Positions 54,962 through 62,039 of a stretch of DNA of 64,000 nt are shown here, one piece after another. The stretch's first letter is position 1. Every line of letters starts with the position of its first letter. The position numbers and the translations under genes were made by a program. Origin of the DNA: Chthonomonadales bacterium (GTDB lineage: Bacteria; Armatimonadota; Chthonomonadetes; Chthonomonadales; Chthonomonadaceae); assembly GCA_038231295.1 (NCBI GenBank), contig JBBRLP010000009.1, positions 1-64,000 of the forward strand. The letters are read 5' to 3'. The notes under the pieces were generated by a model, which was not told where the DNA came from, ran no database searches, and worked only from the letters and a program-made list of their open reading frames with translations.

Positions 54962-56227
54962 TCAACGGTAGCCGGCCTGGCCGGGTTGCGGGGTGGTGGC
55001 GGTCTTGATCATCTTCTCAAGTTCCGTCGGGTTCATAGCGCGGGTCATGGCCTCGTCGAGCGAAATCACACCGCGCACGTACATGTCGCGCAGACACTGA
55101 TCCATCGTCTGCATACCCATATTGGCGCTGGTTTGAATCATGGACGTGATCTGATGGGCTTTGGCTTCACGGATCAGGTTGCGGATAGCCGGGGAGGCCC
55201 GCATGATCTCGAGGGCGCAGGCACGTCCGGGTTGATTGGCGCGGGGAATCAACTGCTGGCATAGAATGGCCTGCAAGTTGTTGGAAAGCTGGAGGCGCAC
55301 CTGCTCCTGCTGCCCTCCAGGGAACGAGTCCACGATACGTTCGACGGAGGTCGCGGCGGAGTTGGTATGCAGCGTGGCGAACACAAGGTGGCCCGTTTCG
55401 GCAGCGGAGACGGCCATCTGCATGGTTTCGAGGTCGCGCATTTCGCCAACGAGGATGACATCCGGGTCTTCGCGGAGGGAGGCGCGGAGGGCGTTTTTGA
55501 ACTCTTTGGTGTCCTGCCCGACTTCGCGCTGATTGATAACCGAGAATTTATGCGTGTGCAGGTATTCAATCGGGTCTTCAATCGTGATGATATGCTTGCT
55601 CTCCTCGCTATTGATGTGATTGATCATCGCGGCGAGCGTGGTGGATTTGCCGGAACCTGTCGGGCCGGTGACGAGGACGAGGCCGCGCGGTAGGTGGGTC
55701 AGCTCTTCCAAAATGGGCGGCAACTGCAGGTCCTTGAGTGTGGGGATCTTCTGCGGAATCTGCCGAAAGGCCATCGCGCAGTTGCCCTTATCGCGGAAAA
55801 CGTTGACGCGGAAACGGGCAATACGGGCCAACTGGTACGAAAAGTCCAGTTCGAAATCGGTTTCAAAGCGCTGAATCTGTTCGTCGGTGAGGATGTCGTA
55901 GATCAGTCTCTGCGCGGCCTGCGGGGTCATCTTCTCCCAGGGCATCGGCACGAGTGCACCATCCACGCGGATGACGGGCGGAATTCCGACGGCAATATGG
56001 AGGTCGGACGCGCCTTTTTCGTTCATGGCCCGGAGCAGGTCGTCAATATGCGCGTCGTCGAGGACGAAGGGACGCGCCGAGGTCGCCTGGATGGGTGCGG
56101 GCGGCATTCCGGGAACGCCCGGCACTCCGGGAGGAGCCTGGGGCTGTGCGTAGTTCGGCTGGCCCTGCGGCGGAGCATAGCCCTGTCCGGGCTGGTTCGG
56201 ATTGTTGGGGAACTGATTGTTCGACAC
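54962..56227 (-). CDS. pilT: Type IV pilus retraction ATPase PilT-like, with Pro/Gln-rich N-terminal extension
   Basis: The PilT/PilU-type core has LVLVTGPTGSGKSTT (Walker A) and DPIEY. It also has DVILVGEMRDLETM (Walker B/Asp box) and ATLHTNSAA (His box). The longest ORF runs to 56371. The start was chosen at the GTG at 56225-56227, which follows a strong RBS GGGAGAAAAAGACC. This gives a ~60-aa low-complexity leader (VSNNQFPNNPNQPGQGYAPPQGQPNYAQPQAPPGVPGVPGMPP). The start remains ambiguous. Confidence 0.8.
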   Translation of the reverse strand: MSNNQFPNNPNQPGQGYAPPQGQPNYAQPQAPPGVPGVPGMPPAPIQATSARPFVLDDAHIDDLLRAMNEKGASDLHIAVGIPPVIRVDGALVPMPWEKMTPQAAQRLIYDILTDEQIQRFETDFELDFSYQLARIARFRVNVFRDKGNCAMAFRQIPQKIPTLKDLQLPPILEELTHLPRGLVLVTGPTGSGKSTTLAAMINHINSEESKHIITIEDPIEYLHTHKFSVINQREVGQDTKEFKNALRASLREDPDVILVGEMRDLETMQMAVSAAETGHLVFATLHTNSAATSVERIVDSFPGGQQEQVRLQLSNNLQAILCQQLIPRANQPGRACALEIMRASPAIRNLIREAKAHQITSMIQTSANMGMQTMDQCLRDMYVRGVISLDEAMTRAMNPTELEKMIKTATTPQPGQAGYR

Positions 56228-56438
56228 GGTCTTTTTCTCCCGATAAACGCCGTCCGTCCTGCCACATCCTTTGCAGAATGGGATAGCCCACGGCATAGCA
56301 GCTCTGATTAGTACGTAGTAGGCAAGTGTACAATTTAGTCCGGTGGACGCAGGATGGCAAAGGGTTGACACTCCTCGCTACGCGCCTCCGGCGGATCGTC
56401 CTTCGGACGAAGGGAATGCCCGTCGGGAATGACATCGG

Positions 56439-56540
56439 AATGAATTGCGGGTTTGCCCATCCGTTTGCCCTTCGGAATGAATTCCGAAGGGCAAACACCG
56501 GACGCAACGGCAAAATGATGGGCAAACCCGCAATTCATTC
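56439..56540. repeat. Nested double-palindrome (cruciform/RNA double-hairpin element) between pilB and pilT
   Basis: Outer 24-bp perfect inverted repeat: gaatgaattgcgggtttgcccatc at 56439-56462 and gatgggcaaacccgcaattcattc at 56517-56540. It encloses an inner 34-nt near-perfect palindrome at 56463-56496 (gtttgcccttcggaatgaattccgaagggcaaac). All arms are built from two motifs (ggaatgaatt, gtttgccc) in alternating orientation. This is why ORFs 56326..56616(+) and 56335..56634(-) translate to the same peptides. Confidence 0.7.
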
Positions 56541-56757
56541 GCTGTGTTGGATGTGGCTGCCGCAGGCCGTGCCGTTTCGTCCTGACCGGAGGTTCCCGTT
56601 TCGATGGGAGCCATAACGGAAACGCCTTCCGCACCGCCGACCATTGCGGTCTACGGCGCGGAAGAACGAAGCCATTCGAAGGTACGATTGAACCACGTTA
56701 GCCACTACATCGCGCTTCCAATCCCTGGTCTGCGATTCCACACAGGCGAAGTGCGGT

Positions 56758-58533
56758 TTAGTAACCGGCGGTGAAGACGACGCGCATGACCTCTTCGGGC
56801 GTGGTCTGCTGCGCGAGAACTTTCAGCAGTCCGTCTTCCTTGAGTTCCTTCATGCCGTTGGCTTTGGCGGCCTCTTTCAGGTCACCGAGCGGGGCGCGGC
56901 GCACCACCATTTCGGCCATCTCCGCGTTCATTCGCATTAGTTCGTAGAAACCGATACGGCCCTTGTAGCCCGTATGGCGGCACATCTCGCAGCCACGTCC
57001 ACGCGCAAGGGTCACCAGCTCACCCGGGTCTTCCGGCTTGAAGCCGAAGCGGCGCAGATCGGAACCCGGAACCTCATAGGTCTCCTTGCAGTTCGTACAG
57101 ATTTTGCGTCCGAGGCGCTGGGCGAGAATACCGATGATCGTCGCCGAGATAAGGAACGGCTCGATCCCCATGTCAATAAGGCGGATCGTGGCCGAAGGCG
57201 CGTCGTTGGTATGGAGCGTCGAAAGCACAAGGTGGCCTGTCAGCGAGGATTCAATGGCGATTTCCGCCGTTTCCAGGTCGCGCATCTCTCCGACCATAAT
57301 GATGTCCGGGTCCTGACGGAGGAAGGAGCGCAGGGCGCCGGCGAAATTGAGACCGGCCTTCTTGTTCACCTGCACCTGCGTGATACCGGTCAACTGGTAC
57401 TCACAGGGGTCTTCGACTGTCAGGATGTTGACGCCGACGGTGTTGAGGCGGTTAAGCACCGAGTACTGCGTGGTCGTCTTGCCGGAACCCGTTGGACCGG
57501 TAGAGAGAAGCATTCCGTTCGGCTGGTTGGAAAGTTCTTCCAGTTGGGCCTGCATCTCGGGGGTAAAGCCGAGTTTGTTCAGCCCGATCATGATGCTGCT
57601 CTTGTCGAGAATTCGCATGACGATCTTTTCACCGAACAGGTTGGGCAGACAGGAGACGCGGAGGTCGTAGTCCTTGTTCTCGTAGCGGATGGGGATACGA
57701 CCGTCCTGCGGAACGCGCCGTTCGGCGATGTTCATTTCCGAGAGAATCTTATAGCGGGCCGTCAGCGGCATCTGAAGGTATTTCGGCATCGGCATGGCTT
57801 CATGCAGAACGCCGTCAATGCGATACCGGACGCGCATGTTGCGGGTTCCCGGCTCGATATGGATGTCCGAGGCACGCTCTTTGATCGCCTGCTGAATAAT
57901 CGTGTTGGCGAGGCGAACGATAGGCGCGTCGTCGGAGCCGTCCACACTGGCCTTTTCGTCGTCCGCGTCAATGTCCGCGCTCTTGTCCGCGCCGTAGCGG
58001 GCGATGGCTTCCTTCATGTCGGTCGCCATGCTGCCGCTGCCGAGTTCCATCCCGTCTTTGTTCGGGTTCATTCCGGTCTTGGCGCTGATCTCTCCCCCAG
58101 TGGAGCCGCCGTAGAGACGGGCAATCGCATCGGTAATGTGATCGGGAACGGCTAGAACTGCGCGTACCGTACAGCGCGAGACCAGGCGCAGGTCGTCGGC
58201 AGCCGTAATGTCGTTGGAGTTTGCCATCGCCACATAGAGGATATTGCCGTCTTTTTTGACCGGCAGCACATTGTGGCGTTTCGCGACGTGTTCGGGAACG
58301 ACATTCAGCGCACTCTGATCGGGCTTGTAGACGGTGAGGTCCACGAAGGGCTGACCGAGTTCCGCCGCCTTCGCTTCATAGACGTGCGTGGGATTGAGGC
58401 CGAGGTCTACCAGGATTTTCGCGAGGTCGCCATGCGTAGACTGCTGGGCCTTCTTCGCATCCTCTATCTCCTGTGTAGAGGCGTACCCCTTCTCCACCAT
58501 ATAGTCGCCCAGGCTTTTTCGTGCCATTACCAT
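56758..58533 (-). CDS. pilB: Type IV pilus assembly ATPase PilB (GspE family)
   Basis: 591 aa. The N-terminal GspE_N/MshEN-like domain precedes the ATPase core (LLSTGPTGSGKTTT, DPCEY, IIMVGEMRDLETA, STLHTNDAPS). A C-terminal tetracysteine zinc motif is present (CTNCKETY...CEMCRHTGYKGR). Confidence 0.9.
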   Translation of the reverse strand: MVMARKSLGDYMVEKGYASTQEIEDAKKAQQSTHGDLAKILVDLGLNPTHVYEAKAAELGQPFVDLTVYKPDQSALNVVPEHVAKRHNVLPVKKDGNILYVAMANSNDITAADDLRLVSRCTVRAVLAVPDHITDAIARLYGGSTGGEISAKTGMNPNKDGMELGSGSMATDMKEAIARYGADKSADIDADDEKASVDGSDDAPIVRLANTIIQQAIKERASDIHIEPGTRNMRVRYRIDGVLHEAMPMPKYLQMPLTARYKILSEMNIAERRVPQDGRIPIRYENKDYDLRVSCLPNLFGEKIVMRILDKSSIMIGLNKLGFTPEMQAQLEELSNQPNGMLLSTGPTGSGKTTTQYSVLNRLNTVGVNILTVEDPCEYQLTGITQVQVNKKAGLNFAGALRSFLRQDPDIIMVGEMRDLETAEIAIESSLTGHLVLSTLHTNDAPSATIRLIDMGIEPFLISATIIGILAQRLGRKICTNCKETYEVPGSDLRRFGFKPEDPGELVTLARGRGCEMCRHTGYKGRIGFYELMRMNAEMAEMVVRRAPLGDLKEAAKANGMKELKEDGLLKVLAQQTTPEEVMRVVFTAGY

Positions 58534-58655
58534 GTGAGTGTCTCCACCTATGCTCTCGATTAGCGAGTTCGAGCCGTTCTGCCGGCGTGTTCACGTTCTC
58601 GTGGATTATCGCTCGTTTGAACGCCCGATTATAACACAGTGTCGTTATAGTTGCA

Positions 58656-58671
58656 AGTGATCTTTTTCACA
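58656..58671 (-). promoter_or_regulatory. CRP/FNR-family-like binding site upstream of pilB
   Basis: The minus strand reads TGTGAAAAAGATCACT, ~125-140 bp upstream of the pilB start codon. It sits within a 19-mer (caagtgatctttttcacac, 58654-58672) identical to 6874-6892. Confidence 0.4.
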
Positions 58672-58754
58672 CCCGACCGGGATTTTCGGTCACCCTATCG
58701 CATGAAGAGACCTGCTCCCCCAGAATTGGGGGCCGGGGGGCGGCTAATATCCCA

Positions 58755-59660
58755 TCAGCCGGGACGGACAGATGTCAGTCCTTCCAACACCGCCGCCTCC
58801 ATGACATCAGTCGGCGGCCATATTCCTGTCCACCGCTCAAACGCGGCGGCTCCCTGATAGACCAGCATTTTCACGCCGGTCAGCGTACGACAGCCCCGTA
58901 ATCGGGCTTCCTGTAAAAGCTTTGTTTCGACCGGGTTATAGACCAGGTCATAGACGAGCAGGTTGGTGTGAAACGCTTCCAGGGGAACGGGCGGCAGGGC
59001 TTCCGTATGCGGTTGCATACCGACCCGCGTCGTGTGGACAAGCAGTTCCGCTCCGGCTATAGCGTCACGCATTTCCCGTCTGTCATCTCCGTCCAGTGTC
59101 TTGACCTGATCGCCATACCCGGCGGTGGCGGCGTCCTGTGCGAGACGCCGGGCGCGTTCCGGGGTGCGATTGGTTAGTAGCACGTTCGCCCCTTCCCGGA
59201 TGAGTCGGAAAACGACGGAACGCGCCGCCCCGCCTGCCCCCAGGACGACGACCTGTCTGCCTCGCAGTTCCAGCCCGATTTCGCGCAGCGGTTCAAAAAA
59301 ACCGCGCCCATCGGTGTTATCGCCCAGCAGTCGGCCTTCGACGCAATGAACGGTGTTGACCGCCCCTACTTCGCGGGCCTCCTCGGTGATCGCGTCCAGA
59401 TAAGGCAGAACGTTCTCTTTGTGCGGAATGGTCAGATTGACGCCGACGATGCCGAGGGCAGAAAGACTGCGGACGGCGGAACCGAGGGCGTCGGGATGAA
59501 CGGGAAACGGAATGTAAATATAGGATAGCCGGAGCGCGGCAAAAGCGGCGTTGTGCATCGCCGGAGAGAGGCTGTGTTCGACGGGGTAGCCGAAAACACC
59601 GACCACTCGGGTATCGCCACGCACGAGAGGGAGAATCCCCCTATTTTCTTTCGACGACAT
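58755..59660 (-). CDS. aroE: Shikimate dehydrogenase
   Basis: 301 aa with SLSPAMHNAAF, GVNLTIPHK, NTDGRGF and the NADP-binding VVVLGAGGAARS motif. Confidence 0.85.
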   Translation of the reverse strand: MSSKENRGILPLVRGDTRVVGVFGYPVEHSLSPAMHNAAFAALRLSYIYIPFPVHPDALGSAVRSLSALGIVGVNLTIPHKENVLPYLDAITEEAREVGAVNTVHCVEGRLLGDNTDGRGFFEPLREIGLELRGRQVVVLGAGGAARSVVFRLIREGANVLLTNRTPERARRLAQDAATAGYGDQVKTLDGDDRREMRDAIAGAELLVHTTRVGMQPHTEALPPVPLEAFHTNLLVYDLVYNPVETKLLQEARLRGCRTLTGVKMLVYQGAAAFERWTGIWPPTDVMEAAVLEGLTSVRPG

Positions 59661-59684
59661 AAAACGCTCTGTTGTTCCCGGAGG

Positions 59685-60422
59685 CTAGATATGGCCTTTG
59701 CGCTTGAACCATTTGAGCAGCAGTTTCTCCGGTGGGCGGCTGACATAGCGCGTATACGGAAATTCGTGCTTATGAATCGGTTTGACCATGATGGTATAGA
59801 TGCCGCTGCGATTGCCGCCGAGAATATCGGTGAACATTTGATCGCCCACAATGGCGGTCGCGGCGGGGGTCGTGTCCATCGCCTCCATCGCCTTGCGGAA
59901 TCCCTGTCGACTCGGCTTCGCGGCCTGCTTCACATAGGCGCAACCCAGACGCTCGGCAATGCGCTGCGAACGGGTACTCAGCACGGAGTTGGACAGGATA
60001 CATAGTTTCACCCCCGCCGCCTGCAATTCCTCCAACCAGTGCGTAATCTCCGCCGTCATCTCTTCCTGATGCCAGAGGACGAGCGTATTGTCCAGGTCCA
60101 GGATGATACCGCGCAGTCCCTGCGCCAGCAGCTCTTGCGGGCGCAGTTCCGTCACGCTCTCGACCATGCGGTGCGGGCAGAAGATGAGCCAGCCCGGACG
60201 CGGTGGGTGCGCGGTCGGGACGGTCTGGCCCTCGACCGCCGCCGCGATGACCTCTTTCACGGTCTCCGGAGAGCTTGTAATAGCCTCCTTGACCGCCTCT
60301 TTCACAACTTCGGTAGCCGTTGGCTGCTGCGGGTCGGGGGCAGGAGTCTCCGGTGCGGTGGGTACGGTCACAGTCACCTCTTCTGTCGGAGGCTCCGGTT
60401 CAGGCGGAAGGGTCTCGCTCAT
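59685..60422 (-). CDS. YqeG-family HAD-superfamily (subfamily IIIA) phosphatase with Pro/Glu/Thr-rich N-terminal extension
   Basis: 245 aa. The core reads GIILDLDNTLVLW...KLCILSNS...GDQMFTDILGGNRSG. The N-terminal ~75 aa are low complexity (PPEPEPPTEEVTVTVPTAPETPAPDPQQ). The start overlaps the mltG stop (ATGA). Confidence 0.7.
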   Translation of the reverse strand: MSETLPPEPEPPTEEVTVTVPTAPETPAPDPQQPTATEVVKEAVKEAITSSPETVKEVIAAAVEGQTVPTAHPPRPGWLIFCPHRMVESVTELRPQELLAQGLRGIILDLDNTLVLWHQEEMTAEITHWLEELQAAGVKLCILSNSVLSTRSQRIAERLGCAYVKQAAKPSRQGFRKAMEAMDTTPAATAIVGDQMFTDILGGNRSGIYTIMVKPIHKHEFPYTRYVSRPPEKLLLKWFKRKGHI

Positions 60423-61588
60423 TCCGCTCCCCCATTCTGCGCCTTGCGCTCCGCTCGAACCTTGCGTATCGCCGCCTCATGTTCGGCCCGTGTCCGCGAG
60501 AAGAGATGCGCTCCGCTCCGAGTGGCGACGTAGTAGAGGTAGTCGTTCCCTTCGGGATGCAGGGCGGCCTCCAGCGAAGCCATGCCGGGATTGGCTATCG
60601 GGCCGGGCGGCAGTCCCGTATGGCGATAGGTGTTGTAGGGCGAGTCTACCTCTAAATCTTTATACAGCACCCGGTCTTTGTGATGGCCCAGCGCATACAG
60701 GACGGTCGCGTCTATTTCCAGTTTCATGCCCTTCTTGAGGCGATTTTCCAATACACCGGCGATGCGCGGGCGGTCTTCGGGGACTTTCGCTTCGCGCTCG
60801 ATCAGCGAGGCCAGCGTAACGATCTCGTGCAGACTGTGACCGCTGGCGGCGATCTCTTGCTCTTTGGGACGTGCGAACCTTCGCGAAAAGTTCATGAGCA
60901 TATCCCGCACGATCTGGCCCGGCGCGGTGCCGGGCGCGAAGTCATAGGTATCGGGATAGAGGTAGCCCTCCAGCGTCTCTTTGGGCAGCGGAAATCCGTA
61001 AGCCCAGCTTGTCCAGGCATCGGGTGCTCCCGCGAATTTCTGAAATGTCTCGCCATCGCAGATTCCTTTGGCATTCAGGGTATTGGCGACCTGGGCGAGG
61101 GTGAAGCCTTCCGGCACGGTGACGCGCAGACGGTCGCCATTGTGTTCCGGCCCCTGCTCCAGCGCGTGCAGTATCTCGTCCAGATTCATATTGCCCGACA
61201 GCGCGTAGCGTCCGGCCTTGAGCCGACTGCCCACGCCACGCCAGCGGACATAGAACTGAAAGGCCAGCGCACTCCGCACCACACCCTCTTTCGCCAGCTC
61301 CTCTCCGATCCCGGCAACGCCCGTCCCGTGCGGTATTTCCACCGTCACGGGCTTGAGCGCCTGCGGGAACGGCAGAAACTGTGACCGCACCGCCGCCGCC
61401 CCGATCATCAGCACCGCGATAATCGCCACCGTCAGGCGCACCTGCATCAGTTTGCGCCGCTCTTCCGCCCGCGTCCGCAGTCCGTTCTTGCGCTGCGGCT
61501 TACTCTCCGGTTCACTCACGCCCCACCCCCGCGTTCTCCCACTGCCGGGAGAAAATTCTTGTTTACGATTCTGACACACTTTCGCCAT
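60419..61588 (-). CDS. mltG: Endolytic murein transglycosylase MltG (YceG family)
   Basis: 389-aa ORF with an N-terminal TM helix (LTVAIIAVLMIGAAAV). The YceG domain has GYLYPDTYDF, EIVTLASLIEREA and DATVLYAL. The start is uncertain: M1 at 61588, or the internal MQVRL at 61447. Confidence 0.8.
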   Translation of the reverse strand: MAKVCQNRKQEFSPGSGRTRGWGVSEPESKPQRKNGLRTRAEERRKLMQVRLTVAIIAVLMIGAAAVRSQFLPFPQALKPVTVEIPHGTGVAGIGEELAKEGVVRSALAFQFYVRWRGVGSRLKAGRYALSGNMNLDEILHALEQGPEHNGDRLRVTVPEGFTLAQVANTLNAKGICDGETFQKFAGAPDAWTSWAYGFPLPKETLEGYLYPDTYDFAPGTAPGQIVRDMLMNFSRRFARPKEQEIAASGHSLHEIVTLASLIEREAKVPEDRPRIAGVLENRLKKGMKLEIDATVLYALGHHKDRVLYKDLEVDSPYNTYRHTGLPPGPIANPGMASLEAALHPEGNDYLYYVATRSGAHLFSRTRAEHEAAIRKVRAERKAQNGGAE

Positions 61589-61607
61589 TTCCGGACAACT
61601 CTGGTTT

Positions 61608-61883
61608 GGACCTCATCCCCCAACCCCCTTCTCCCGGGCGGTCGCAAGCTCCCTGGGAGAAGGGGGCTTTCAATCTCCCCACATCTTCATTACCCAAAAC
61701 GCTCGAAGGGTGGCCTGGGTTGGCCCTCATCCCCACTCCTTTCCCAAAAAGCCTGAGGGAGGACAATTTGCCTGTCTCTCTCGTGGGAGCGAACACGGTA
61801 GGAAATTAGTCAGCCTGACCGCCCCCTTCTCCCAGGGAGCCTAAGCGACCGCCCGGGAGAACGGGGGTTGGGGGATGAGGTCC
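61608..61883. mobile_element. MITE-like element: 276 bp flanked by ~60-bp near-perfect terminal inverted repeats
   Basis: IR-L at 61608-61667 reads ggacctcatcccccaacccccttctcccgggcggtcgcaagctccctgggagaagggggc. IR-R at 61821-61883 is its reverse complement with about 4 mismatches or indels. Each IR is itself an internal hairpin (ccccttctccc ... gggagaagggg). There is no ORF inside. It is inserted between the mltG start and the glycoside hydrolase gene. The 12-mer cccccttctccc also occurs at window positions 10-21. Confidence 0.4.
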
Positions 61884-62039
61884 GACCCCAACCCATCCTC
61901 CGAACGCTCAGAGAAGAACGAGAAAATGACGGAGGGGAGGAGGGCCAGCAGGCAGGGGGGAAGGGCCTGCGTCACGAACTATGGAGGTAAGAATCGCTAC
62001 GAAAATCTCTGGCGGAATAAACAGCAGGGAGTCAACGAG

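Noticed and set aside
56361-56370. TTGACA -35-like hexamer near the long PilT ORF start
   Set aside because: It is on the plus strand, whereas pilT is on the minus strand, and no matching -10 lies at 16-18 bp.
56326-56634. Small ORFs on both strands between pilB and pilT, encoding near-identical peptides (CGFAHPFALRNEFRRAN...)
   Set aside because: This is an artefact of the nested palindrome, in which the two strands have the same sequence. There is no RBS and the region is better explained as structured non-coding DNA/RNA.
61875-62039. Upstream 55-codon extension of the glycoside hydrolase ORF
   Set aside because: The extension overlaps the right inverted repeat of the MITE-like element. 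It encodes a low-complexity peptide. The signal peptide begins only at the Met at 62040.
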